This document shows positions 19,247 to 28,310 of a stretch of DNA of 64,000 bases, one piece after another; the stretch's first letter is position 1, and each line of letters opens with the position of its first letter. Source of the stretch: an uncultured Fibrobacteria bacterium (GTDB lineage Bacteria > Fibrobacterota > Fibrobacteria > UBA11236); contig OY970309.1 in the NCBI GenBank assembly GCA_963716395.1, forward strand, positions 2,281,365 through 2,345,364, read 5' to 3'. The position numbers and the translations under genes are program-made. The notes below the pieces were generated by a model. The model had not been told where the DNA came from and searched no databases. It saw only the letters and a program-made list of their open reading frames with translations.

Positions 19247-22200
19247 ATGGTGAAGGTATTGGGGTTGGAAAACTGAGTGGTGGTGGAGACGTATTTCGAA
19301 CTGCCGTCGAGTTTGTACCCATAGCTGATATCGGCGCTGACACTGTCGCCGGTGACGCCGCCCTGGGCCGTGCCGTTATTGCCGTTGCCCGAGGCGTCGG
19401 TGAATTGCGGCGCGGTGCCGCCGGGGCTTTGCTGCAAGTGGTACACGCCGACATAGGAACCGAACACGCTCGCGTCGCTGCTTTGGCTGGACGCGCTCGG
19501 CCGGCCCCAATACATCTTGATGTAATCCGTATTGGAGTTGGCGTCGACCTGCGGCACCTTCACCCACAGCCAGGCTTTTTTATTCGTGTAATCCCATTTC
19601 TCAATCGAATAGGAAAGTACGGTGCCGTCGGGATCGGTGAAGCGAATGTCGGATCCGTCGGTTTTGGCTTGCGAGAAAATGAAGTTGTTCGAGTCGAGTC
19701 GCACCAGCATGGGATAGTTGGTGATGTTGGTTGAGGTGTTGGCGCCGGTCGAGGTGGTGTTGAAATTGATGGCGGTCGAATAGGCCCAGGCCGAATAATC
19801 GAAAGTCCAATTCGTGTTAGCGCCGCCGTTGGTGCTGTTATCCGCCGCGCCTGTGGAACCTCCCCCGGCATTGCTGCCCGCGATGTTGGCGTAGTTGGCG
19901 CTCAAGGCTCCGGCTACGGTCAGCGTCCAGGCCGTGGCGTTCATGTCCAAGAGATTTCCGCTTTGACCCGTGAAGCTGGCGTTGCCGGCTACCGTAAGGG
20001 TTCTGCCGTTCAAGTTGGAAAAGCTGGTGGTCGCGCCGTTGGTCACCGTGAAGTTGCCGGAACTGGTCGTGCTGATGTTCTGCCCGTTGAAATTCAAAAT
20101 ACCCGCGCTTTGCGTGAACGAAAGGCAGGTCAGCGCGTTGGTGGAAAGTTGCAGGGTGCCGGCTCCGGTGTGGGAAATATTGGGATGCGTGGCGCCCGAG
20201 TTGGGGGTGAAAGTTTGTGTCCCCGAGCCCGCAGTGAAGGCCAAGGTTCCTGTTCCCACCGTTAAGGTGCCCAGGTTGGAGAGGTCGGCGTTCCCCGAAG
20301 TAACCTGCACGGTACTGGAACCGAAATCCATGGTTCCGGCGGCGGTAGAAATGGATGTGACGGAATGCGTGAATCCGCTACCCCATTGCCAGGTGCCCGA
20401 GGTCAAGGTAAAGGCGCCGGCGGTTAGCGCGTTGGTGGCCACGGCCACGGTTCCCGAAGACCCGGATTTGGTGATGGCGGGAAAGGTGGCCCCGGATTTG
20501 GGCGTGAAGGTTTGCGTGCCGGAATTGCCGGTGAAGGCGAGCGTGCCCGTACCGGCCGTCACGGTTTGACCGGAAACAAAAGTGGCGTTGCCCGTATTGA
20601 TGGTCAAGGTGTAAGACCCGAAATTAAACGTGCCGGTGTACCCGGTAAAATCAATGGAAGCCGCGGCTTGGCTGGCCGACATCGTGGCGTTGGCATTGGC
20701 ATTGGAGCCGCTGCCGTTGAAGGAAAGGTTGAGACCCGTGGAGGAAATGGCCGTGCCGCCCTGGAACTCGTCGAACACAGCCACGCCCGTGAGTCCGGAA
20801 TTGTGGGAGCAGAGCAACAGGCCGATTTGAGAATTGGCATTGGTGCTCACCACGGTTTGCGTCGTGTTTTGCTGGGTCCAGGTGCTGGCCAACGAGGTTC
20901 GGTAGTAGGCGCTCACCGAAGATCCGCTTTTGACCAGACGCAGCCAGACCGGGAGGGTCACCGCCGAGCCGCTGATGCCGATGGACGCCAATTGGCCCGC
21001 CGTGGTGGTGCTCGCCTCGAATTCGAGTTTCAAATCGCCGCGCACGGCGATCCCCGCATAGCCGCCCGAATTATTCGCCGTCCCCGGTCCCAGGACCGTG
21101 AAGTCATTCGCCATGTAGATGCCCGCCTTGGCGGCGGTGTTTGTGTTGTAAACCGAATCGACCCGTACCGTCACATCGAAATCGCCCGTGATATCCGCGC
21201 GGCGCAAGGCCGTGAATTCGTTCGTGGTCTGCCAAAGTTCCGAGCCGCGCCCCTGGATAGTCAGACGCCCGTACTTCGTGGTTTGGTCGCACGTGCCCGT
21301 GCCCGCATTGTTGTCCGCGTCCTGGCAGGTCCATGAGCCGCCGAGGGTGGTGGACGAGAAATCGTCGTCGGTGGTGGAGGCGGGTCGGCGGCCCGTACCG
21401 TCAGCGTTACCCGTCCAGTTATACGCCTTACTGAAATCGGTACTGGAAGTCAGCACATCGTTGCGATTCCAATAATAGGTGTTGCCTTGGGTGGAACCAT
21501 ATAAGACGGGAGTGGCTCCCGCCACTTGGGTTTGATAATTGAGTTTGGCCCAGTCGGCGCTTCGAGAAGAGGAGGAAATTTGCACTTCATCGAGGGAACC
21601 GTTGAATATTTCGGTTGTGTTGGCCGCGCTTGGGATGCCGAAACGCAGGTAGGTGGTGTTATTGTTCACCGTCTGGGTCACGCTGGTATTGGCAGTTCCC
21701 GCCGAAGTCCCGTTAATGTATAGGGTCTGAGTCCCTCCGGAATAGGTTCCCATGATGTATACCCAGGTACCGGCCGAATATGCGCCGCTCTTTTGCCAAT
21801 CCTTTGCGTTGCTCTCGCTACCCACGCGATACCACATCGAACCATCCGAACGTGCTTTGAATGTCCAACCAACGCCGCTGGCATCGTTGGGATTTTTGTC
21901 GACGATTTCCTGGTTCGCCAAGCTCGTCGCCTTCATCCAGAACGAAACGGTTTGCGAACTGGCCGAACCCGGCCAAGGTCCGAAGCCCAGGTAACTGGCT
22001 GAGCCGTCGAAGGCGGTGCCGTTTCCGATCACTCCAGCCACCTGCCCTGCTCCTGCATTCGTCATACCCCCCGCCGCCGAATCATTGTAAATACCGGTTG
22101 CGTCTCGGTAATTGCCGACGGAATTGCTGCCGGTCTCGCCTAAATGCCAAACCCCAATGAAACTGTTTGAAGTCGAAAACACCGAAGAAGCGCTGGAGGC

Positions 22201-22680
22201 ATCGCTTTGTCCGCTTTTGCCCCAGTAAATACGGATGTCCGTGGTTGAGTTTCCCGCAACGCTGGGCACCAGCACCCAAATATCCGCCGAGGTGGAGTTG
22301 GTCCAATCCTCGATTTGATAAGACAAGGCCGTGGACCCGTCGGAACTGGAAAAGCGCACGTCGGCGCCGCCGGAAAGCGCCCCGCTCAAAATGTCGCTGG
22401 CGAAGAAGTTGGTGAGGCGGATTAACACCGGATAATTCGTCTGGGTAGTCGAAACGTTGGCGCCGCCGCCGGTGTTGGTCGTATTAACGGTGAGCGTCTT
22501 GTATTTTGCCCAAGTGTCATAGGGACCGGCTTGGGCGATGGCGGCGATCCACAACACACTCGCGCCAAGCCAAATCCAGGAGCGGCTGGGTAGTCGCAAT
22601 GTCTTCACGCCTCGAAGATGGCTTCGAGCCCGGGGGAAAAGTTCTTCCCAGCCCTTGGCGATATTATTCCTCAAATGCAT
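19243..22680 (-). CDS. Giant surface protein, proximal part (1145 aa). It has an N-terminal signal region, two DUF2341 modules, LamG-like domains and a Thr/Ser/Gly-rich beta-strand repeat region, and ends inside a LamG domain.
   Basis: Hydrophobic N-terminal segment (WIWLGASVLWIAAIAQA). DUF2341 modules are at NYPVLIRL...DVRF...YQIEDW...IWVLVP and NYPMLVRL...DIRF...YSIEKW. The C-terminus ...YKLDGSSKYVSTTTQFSNPNTFTI stops where a LamG domain has just begun. The stop TGA 19245..19243 overlaps the TTG start of the next ORF. Confidence 0.8.
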   Translation of the reverse strand: MHLRNNIAKGWEELFPRARSHLRGVKTLRLPSRSWIWLGASVLWIAAIAQAGPYDTWAKYKTLTVNTTNTGGGANVSTTQTNYPVLIRLTNFFASDILSGALSGGADVRFSSSDGSTALSYQIEDWTNSTSADIWVLVPSVAGNSTTDIRIYWGKSGQSDASSASSVFSTSNSFIGVWHLGETGSNSVGNYRDATGIYNDSAAGGMTNAGAGQVAGVIGNGTAFDGSASYLGFGPWPGSASSQTVSFWMKATSLANQEIVDKNPNDASGVGWTFKARSDGSMWYRVGSESNAKDWQKSGAYSAGTWVYIMGTYSGGTQTLYINGTSAGTANTSVTQTVNNNTTYLRFGIPSAANTTEIFNGSLDEVQISSSSRSADWAKLNYQTQVAGATPVLYGSTQGNTYYWNRNDVLTSSTDFSKAYNWTGNADGTGRRPASTTDDDFSSTTLGGSWTCQDADNNAGTGTCDQTTKYGRLTIQGRGSELWQTTNEFTALRRADITGDFDVTVRVDSVYNTNTAAKAGIYMANDFTVLGPGTANNSGGYAGIAVRGDLKLEFEASTTTAGQLASIGISGSAVTLPVWLRLVKSGSSVSAYYRTSLASTWTQQNTTQTVVSTNANSQIGLLLCSHNSGLTGVAVFDEFQGGTAISSTGLNLSFNGSGSNANANATMSASQAAASIDFTGYTGTFNFGSYTLTINTGNATFVSGQTVTAGTGTLAFTGNSGTQTFTPKSGATFPAITKSGSSGTVAVATNALTAGAFTLTSGTWQWGSGFTHSVTSISTAAGTMDFGSSTVQVTSGNADLSNLGTLTVGTGTLAFTAGSGTQTFTPNSGATHPNISHTGAGTLQLSTNALTCLSFTQSAGILNFNGQNISTTSSGNFTVTNGATTSFSNLNGRTLTVAGNASFTGQSGNLLDMNATAWTLTVAGALSANYANIAGSNAGGGSTGAADNSTNGGANTNWTFDYSAWAYSTAINFNTTSTGANTSTNITNYPMLVRLDSNNFIFSQAKTDGSDIRFTDPDGTVLSYSIEKWDYTNKKAWLWVKVPQVDANSNTDYIKMYWGRPSASSQSSDASVFGSYVGVYHLQQSPGGTAPQFTDASGNGNNGTAQGGVTGDSVSADISYGYKLDGSSKYVSTTTQFSNPNTFTI

Positions 22681-22920
22681 TTCGCCTCGACCGGCGACAT
22701 GCCGGCGTGGACTCCTGATTATGGCCTAATTGTAAAGGATGGGGCTTGCCGCTCCTCCCGTTCGCGAAGCGGCGTTTGAGGTTTTTTAAAACCGGGACTT
22801 GCGAATTGACTCAATCATTTCACAATGGTCAGGTTAAATCCGCATCACTTTTCTCACCGTAAACCCGCCGAGAAATCCCTGGGAAAAGGCCGTGGGCGAA
22901 GGTGCTACATTCCCGGCGTG

Positions 22921-24129
22921 ATGCGCACACCGCTGGCGGAAAAGCCCTCAGCCCTCGCTTGGCAATTGTATGTCCACGTTCCTTTTTGCGAACGCAAATG
23001 CCATTACTGCGATTTCGCCAGTTGGGAATCGCCGGGCGTGACACAACGGGCCTGGGTAGAAACCGTGTTGCGCGAACTCGATCATGCCGCCGCGCGGCGG
23101 CCTGAGTTGCGCCTCGACACGGTTTTTTTCGGCGGCGGCACGCCGTCGGTGCTGCCCGTCGCCTCGCTCGCGCGCATCGTGGCGCGCATGCGGGAACGGT
23201 TCGATTGTTCCGGTATCGCGGAAATGACTTTGGAAGCCAATCCCAGCAGTTTGACACAGGAGAAATTGCGCGCCTGGCGCGGACTGGGTTTTGATCGCGT
23301 CAGCATCGGCGTGCAGAGTTTCGACGCCGAAGAGCTGCGCTTGCTGGGCCGCGTGCACTCGCCTGAAGGCGCCGAGGCGGCCTTGGAAGCCCTGGCGGCG
23401 GAGAGTGGATTGCGCTTCAGCGCCGACCTGATTTTCGGCTTGCCGGGTCAAACCCGGGAAGGCTTCTTGAACAACCTCGAAAAACTCTTGCGTTACCATC
23501 CCGGTCACGTTTCCTTCTATGGCCTCACGGTGGAAGACGGCACCGAGTTCGCGCGCCGACAGGCCGCCGGCAGGCTGGTTTTGCCCGAGGCAGAGGCCTA
23601 CGGCGCCATGTACCGCTCGGGCGTGGAACGTCTGCGGCAGTCGGGGTGGCGGCGTTACGAAGTTTCGAATTTCGCGCGACCCGGCCAGGAATGCCGGCAC
23701 AACCAAGGCTATTGGCGCGGTGCGCCGTTTCTTGCCCTGGGTCCGGGGGCGCATGGTTTCGACGGTACGCGGCGCTGGATGAATCCCCGCGAGTTGGACG
23801 ACTATTTGCGCTGGGGCGAAGCTGGTTTTTCCGAGGAATCGGTGACGTGGGATGTACTCGACGCCGATGCCGGTCTCAGCGAAGCCGTCTCTTTGGGGTT
23901 GCGACAGGCGCGCGGGTTTGATTCTGAAGCGGTGGGTACGGCGTTCGGGGTGCATTGGCCCGAGTCGGCCTGGGTCAAATGGGAACGGGCCGGATGCCTG
24001 GAACGCGTTGCGGGCTTTGCCCGTCTAGGCGACGAGGGATGGCTTTTGCTCGACGAAATTTGTGCCGATCTTTTAGCAAAAGCCAGGCCGGTAAAGTCGC
24101 TTACCCATGCTGTAGCCATGCCGGTTTGA
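22921..24129 (+). CDS. hemW: Radical SAM heme chaperone HemW (HemN-like, oxygen-independent coproporphyrinogen oxidase family)
   Basis: Radical-SAM CxxxCxxC (CERKCHYCDF) and HemN/HemW family length and motifs. The likely start is the internal ATG at 22921 (MRTPLAEK...); the ORF-track start at 22825 adds a basic, unlikely extension. Confidence 0.85.
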   Translation: MRTPLAEKPSALAWQLYVHVPFCERKCHYCDFASWESPGVTQRAWVETVLRELDHAAARRPELRLDTVFFGGGTPSVLPVASLARIVARMRERFDCSGIAEMTLEANPSSLTQEKLRAWRGLGFDRVSIGVQSFDAEELRLLGRVHSPEGAEAALEALAAESGLRFSADLIFGLPGQTREGFLNNLEKLLRYHPGHVSFYGLTVEDGTEFARRQAAGRLVLPEAEAYGAMYRSGVERLRQSGWRRYEVSNFARPGQECRHNQGYWRGAPFLALGPGAHGFDGTRRWMNPRELDDYLRWGEAGFSEESVTWDVLDADAGLSEAVSLGLRQARGFDSEAVGTAFGVHWPESAWVKWERAGCLERVAGFARLGDEGWLLLDEICADLLAKARPVKSLTHAVAMPV

Positions 24130-24156
24130 CAGGCTTTTGCCCGGTTGCTTTGCCGG

Positions 24157-24181
24157 TTTACCCAGCGGGTAAAGTTTTATT
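24157..24181 (+). terminator. Putative intrinsic terminator after hemW
   Basis: Stem TTTACCC / GGGTAAA with loop AGC, followed by GTTTTATT. It sits 28 nt after the hemW stop. Confidence 0.4.
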
Positions 24182-24273
24182 CCAGGCGCAGTTTATACAA
24201 ATAATCAGCGTAAAAGTACATATCACATATTCCCATAACCTCTACACTCTAAAAACTAGCGAGGAGGAGTTTT

Positions 24274-26058
24274 ATGCACCGAAGCAAATGGATTTTGTCA
24301 TGCGTTTTGAGCATGGCTTGGTGCGCTTCCAGTTGGGCCGTCGATCTGGGCACTTATAAAGGCTGTGACGCTACCGATGCGCAATTCGTAACCACCCGAA
24401 TTTACCAAGGGCCTTATCAGGCCATCGGTCAAAGCAATACGCAGAATTCGGTGTTGAAGGTGGCCTTCGATGCCAATGCCAATAATTTCGCCGATGTTTA
24501 TTTCATCTTGAAGGCTGGAACCGTCGCGCGCTACAATGCCGCGACCAGCACCATCGACACCCTCGGCCATCTCAGCGTCGATACCTTTGGGGAACATGGT
24601 TTGATCGGCATCGCCTTGGATCCCAATTTCAAAACCAATCGTTACATGTATTTCGACTATATGGTCATTGGATCCGGCAATACTTATGTCTTCCGTATCT
24701 CCCGGTTTACCTTGGGAGCGGGAACCACCGGTAAACTCGACATGTCCTCCGAAAAAATCCTGCTTACTATTCCCCGTCACGATAATTCCGATAACGGTTG
24801 GCACACGGCCGGCGATATGAGCTTCGACGCCTACGGCGATCTCTGGTGCGCCATCGGCGACAACGAGAACACCGAGCTTTCCGCGGGCAATACCGCCGAT
24901 TTGCGCGGAGGGATTCTGCGCATCCATCCCGACTCCTCGGCGCGGGGCTTCAGCATTCCCAAGGGAAATTTCGGCGAAACCTTTGCCAGCTACTTTACTT
25001 CGCAGGGTAACGCCACCGTGGCGGCCCAGTATCAGGACACGACCAAGGTGCGTGCGGAGATCTACGTGAAAGGTACCCGCAACGCTTACACCATGGCCTT
25101 GGATCCCGTGCGACGTTGGGTATCATGGGGAGAGGTGGGGCCGGATCAGGGCAAGGTTGCCGAGGAATACAACATGGTGCGCTCCCCTGTTTATGGCGGA
25201 TGGCCTTATTTCGCCGGACAGGAAAACATGGGCGCCGGTTCTTCCACCGGCGGACCATCCGGCGGACCCTATGGAATACCCGTGCCGCTTCAGTCCGATC
25301 CGAACAACATCATGAACAAAAATACCGGCATTAACGGCGTGGTAAACCTGCCGCCCAACCACAACCCCATTTTTGCGAAGACGCAAGCTTGCGCCATGGG
25401 CGGGCCGATTTTCGTCTATAACGGCAGCAACACACGGAAAACCCAATTCCCGCCGCAATTCAACCATAAATGGCTGATTGGGGATTGCGAAGGTAATTAC
25501 GGCTATCGGCTTCTGACCTTCGATTCGGCGGGCGATACCATCACTTCGGCGGCGGACAATCTTAAAATTTTCGCCGGGAGCAATGTTCCCCAAACCAATA
25601 CCTTGGTCGATATGAAGCAAGGCCCGGATGGCTCGCTGTATATCGTCGACTGGGGTAACAGCGCCATTTACCGCGTGGACTATAACGGAACCTGCCAGGA
25701 TTCCACGCTGCTGGCGGATAAAACCGGTTGCGCCGATCCGACGGCATCGAATTACAATCCCAGCATTCCTACGGCTTACAACGATCCCAGGCTTTGCACT
25801 TATGGCGACATTGCCATAACCGGAAAGGTTTTTCACTACAACCCGGTGCAATTGTCGGGAAATATGTTGACGGTATCCCTGACGGGCGGGTATGGAATTC
25901 AAATCTCGGACGTTTCCGGACGCCTGGTTTTCGCCATGAGCGGCGAAGGCAACAAGACCTATCAAATTCCGGCTTTCGCACATTCCGGTATTTACCAACT
26001 GCAAGTCAAAGGCGTGGCCGGCACTTTTACCCAACGGTATTTGAATCTGACGCCTTAG
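24274..26058 (+). CDS. Secreted PQQ-dependent soluble sugar (glucose/sorbosone) dehydrogenase-like beta-propeller with a T9SS-type C-terminal sorting domain
   Basis: Signal peptide. GSDH-family motifs HGLIGIALDPNF, GGILRI and RNAYTMALDP. C-terminal GIYQLQVKGVAGTFTQRYLNLTP beta-sandwich tail. GAGGAGGAG Shine-Dalgarno 4-12 nt upstream. Confidence 0.75.
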   Translation: MHRSKWILSCVLSMAWCASSWAVDLGTYKGCDATDAQFVTTRIYQGPYQAIGQSNTQNSVLKVAFDANANNFADVYFILKAGTVARYNAATSTIDTLGHLSVDTFGEHGLIGIALDPNFKTNRYMYFDYMVIGSGNTYVFRISRFTLGAGTTGKLDMSSEKILLTIPRHDNSDNGWHTAGDMSFDAYGDLWCAIGDNENTELSAGNTADLRGGILRIHPDSSARGFSIPKGNFGETFASYFTSQGNATVAAQYQDTTKVRAEIYVKGTRNAYTMALDPVRRWVSWGEVGPDQGKVAEEYNMVRSPVYGGWPYFAGQENMGAGSSTGGPSGGPYGIPVPLQSDPNNIMNKNTGINGVVNLPPNHNPIFAKTQACAMGGPIFVYNGSNTRKTQFPPQFNHKWLIGDCEGNYGYRLLTFDSAGDTITSAADNLKIFAGSNVPQTNTLVDMKQGPDGSLYIVDWGNSAIYRVDYNGTCQDSTLLADKTGCADPTASNYNPSIPTAYNDPRLCTYGDIAITGKVFHYNPVQLSGNMLTVSLTGGYGIQISDVSGRLVFAMSGEGNKTYQIPAFAHSGIYQLQVKGVAGTFTQRYLNLTP

Positions 26059-26069
26059 TCTGACAGGCG

Positions 26070-26089
26070 GGGGGTGCCAAACGCACCCC
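26070..26089 (+). terminator. GC-rich hairpin (GGGGTGC-CAAAC-GCACCCC), 12 nt after the 24274..26058 stop. Possible terminator, but it lacks a U-tract.
   Basis: Perfect 7-bp inverted repeat with a 5-nt loop, seen directly in the sequence. The downstream TCTCATC is only weakly T-rich. Confidence 0.25.
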
Positions 26090-26473
26090 TCTCATCTACA
26101 GCGCACTTCCTCATCCCTCAATCCCCGCCTTGGAATCCTCGGGTCGTCGTGCCTGCGAATTCTGAGCCCGACCATTCAGTTCTCGGTTACTGAACCATAG
26201 GCGGATTCAGATCGGCCCCGGATCTTCAAATCTTAGGAAGTGGGTTTGAGATCCCGCGACAGACTCGGGAACCAGGTCCCAAGTCCCAAGTCTGGGGAGC
26301 AAAATCGCGATTACTCAATGTCGCCGGAGCGTAGTCCTAATCTTAATCTGAAGGCGACGCGGAAAAAGCCTTCACCTGCAAATCCGTTTGCGGCGCGAGT
26401 TGGCGGCCAAAACTCGCGACGTGAACATCCGCTCCGTTGGTCAGGACAAATGCGGACCCAGGTCCACTCAGAA

Positions 26474-27529
26474 TTACGGTACGATGAATTTCGTCGCGTG
26501 AAACCCGTCGCTTGCCCGCACGGTGACCATATATACGCCACTCGGTTGGCCCTTAAACGGGAATTGACCTTGCCTTGTGACCGTGGCCGCGATCGCCCCG
26601 CCCTTGGTATTTCGAACCAAGACCCGGGTATTTTCCCCCACTCCGCGGAGTCGTACGATTCCTGACAGGTAAGTCGCTGAAATGGGGTCACGGGCTGCGT
26701 TCAGCTTCAGGAGACGGACCTCGGTAGGATTGTTCAACGAGAACTGTTTGAAAAAGGCCCACACCTCGTTGGATTGGTTCAGCCGGTTCGCGGCGGGCCA
26801 TTGATGCCCCTCGCCCTGGATGGAATCGGCCACCACGTAGCTTCCCTGGGCGCAGGGCCCATAGCTGATACGTGTGACCCCGGAATTCGGATTGGTGGCC
26901 GGATAGGGGCGGGTGATGGTCGGTGTGGAGGGACAGCTATCCAGATTCGTCCAAATGTCGAGGTCGGCGATGAAGGTGGGCGGAGCCGTGATGTCATTGG
27001 TTCCGAAGGTCATAAACATTGGCACCGGACGCGTGAGGGTACAGGTCGTGTTGGAGTGGCCGGATACCGGCGCCACCGCGGCGAAAACATCGGAGTAATT
27101 GCACCCGGCTACGAAACTGATGATCCCGCCCTGGGAAAATCCCGTCATATAGACGCGGTTGCGATCGATATGGTACCGGGCGTCCAGCGTGTCGATAATC
27201 GCCAGGAAAAAGGGGAAGTTGGTGGTGCCATACATATCGTTCCAGGTTCCAGTGCTTCCATCGCTGGATGCACTGGGATAGGCCGCAATGAATTTGTCCT
27301 GGTCGGCGGTAGCATCCCCTTTGGTATCGTTTTCAAATTCGGCACCGCTTCCGTTGGCGCCGTGGATAAACAACACCAGGGGAGGTTTGTTGATGCCGCT
27401 GGGCACATGCACGACACAACTATGGGTCTGACCGGAAAGCTGAAAACTCAGTGTCGTCGTGGTCTGTGCGAATCCGGAGGCCGCCAGCGACGCAAATATT
27501 CCTACCGCCAAAAGCCGAAAATGAGCCAT
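26474..27529 (-). CDS. Secreted alpha/beta-hydrolase esterase (PHB-depolymerase / feruloyl-esterase-like) with a T9SS-type C-terminal sorting domain
   Basis: Signal peptide MAHFRLLAVGIFASLAASGFA. Nucleophile elbow GFSQGG (G-x-S-x-G). Por_Secre_tail-like C-terminus ...SGVYMVTVRASDGFHATKFIVP. AAGGAG Shine-Dalgarno upstream. Confidence 0.7.
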   Translation of the reverse strand: MAHFRLLAVGIFASLAASGFAQTTTTLSFQLSGQTHSCVVHVPSGINKPPLVLFIHGANGSGAEFENDTKGDATADQDKFIAAYPSASSDGSTGTWNDMYGTTNFPFFLAIIDTLDARYHIDRNRVYMTGFSQGGIISFVAGCNYSDVFAAVAPVSGHSNTTCTLTRPVPMFMTFGTNDITAPPTFIADLDIWTNLDSCPSTPTITRPYPATNPNSGVTRISYGPCAQGSYVVADSIQGEGHQWPAANRLNQSNEVWAFFKQFSLNNPTEVRLLKLNAARDPISATYLSGIVRLRGVGENTRVLVRNTKGGAIAATVTRQGQFPFKGQPSGVYMVTVRASDGFHATKFIVP

Positions 27530-27610
27530 GGGATCTCCTTTTTCGGGAATATAATGTCCATTCCGCCCTTCGCCCCGGGACTATTTGGAACCTGACACGC
27601 TTTTCTGATT

Positions 27611-27722
27611 CGGATATTTCGACCGGTTCGACAAGCTCACCGGTCTACCCCCCCGGCTGGTTCGACAAACTCACCAGCCGTACTCCCTTGTCCGGTAAGC
27701 TTGTCGAACCGCCGGAGGGCAT
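27611..27722. repeat. Cluster of TTCGAC-containing direct and inverted ~20-bp repeats in the intergenic/promoter region
   Basis: Direct copies CCGGTTCGACAAGCTCACCGG (27623..27643) and CTGGTTCGACAAACTCACCAG (27657..27677). Inverted copy CCGGTAAGCTTGTCGAACCGCCGG (27692..27715). Additional TTCGACC/ATCGACC half-sites at 27617 and 27721. Confidence 0.4.
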
Positions 27723-27754
27723 CGACCGCGGATTGAGACGGAGTTAAACGGCAA

Positions 27755-28090
27755 TTAGACCCTGAGCACACCGCGGAAACCCCGGGCCGCATAGTACGAC
27801 TCCGCGCCGTTATGGTAGGTGAAAAACGAATCGTAGCGGCGATCACAAAAGATGGCGCCGCCGCGCTGACGGATGGCGGAAGGCGTTTTCACCCAGCTGG
27901 AGCTTTTGGCGTCAAAGTTTCCGAGTTTCTGCAGCTCGCGATACCGGGCTTCGGTCAAGAGTTCGATACCCAGGGCGGCGGCCATACCGACCGCGCTGGC
28001 TACAGGTTTGAATTCTTTTCTCGCCTCCAACGCTTCGGGGTCATAACAAAGGCTTCTGCGGCCCTTGGGGGCTTTCCGCCGAACAATCAT
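27755..28090 (-). CDS. Small conserved hypothetical protein (111 aa). Possibly an N-terminally truncated member of a family of about 190 aa (tentatively DUF4256-like).
   Basis: ATG start with a GAAGGAA Shine-Dalgarno. Conserved-looking C-terminal block ELQKLGNFDAKSSSWVKTP...GGAIFCDRRY...YHNGAESYYAARGFRG. The family assignment is from memory and is not verified. Confidence 0.4.
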   Translation of the reverse strand: MIVRRKAPKGRRSLCYDPEALEARKEFKPVASAVGMAAALGIELLTEARYRELQKLGNFDAKSSSWVKTPSAIRQRGGAIFCDRRYDSFFTYHNGAESYYAARGFRGVLRV

Positions 28091-28310
28091 AAAACAGAAA
28101 TTCCTTCATCTTTTTATGGCCTTTGTGGTTGGTTCTACCCGCGAATGCCTCCATGCCCTCATCTCCAATCAATTGCCAAGACGGAAACGGCTCCCATGCC
28201 CGGCTTGCCCCTTTGTTTTTACGACAATAATGGATCCGCCGCCGTTACAGTCTCGAAGGAAAGAATGTCTACTTCTTAAGCCGAGGGGCTTCAAGTGTGA
28301 GGGGGGAATC

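Noticed and set aside
22948-23955. 335-aa minus-strand ORF overlapping hemW
   Set aside because: Antisense of the radical-SAM gene, with no motifs.
25123-26034. 303-aa minus-strand ORF overlapping the GSDH-like gene
   Set aside because: Antisense. The plus-strand gene has a signal peptide, GSDH motifs and a T9SS tail.
26240-26691. Small ORFs (26240..26665 +, 26311..26691 -) in the intergenic region between convergent GSDH and esterase genes
   Set aside because: No motifs and basic composition. The region is better explained as a 3' intergenic spacer with a hairpin.
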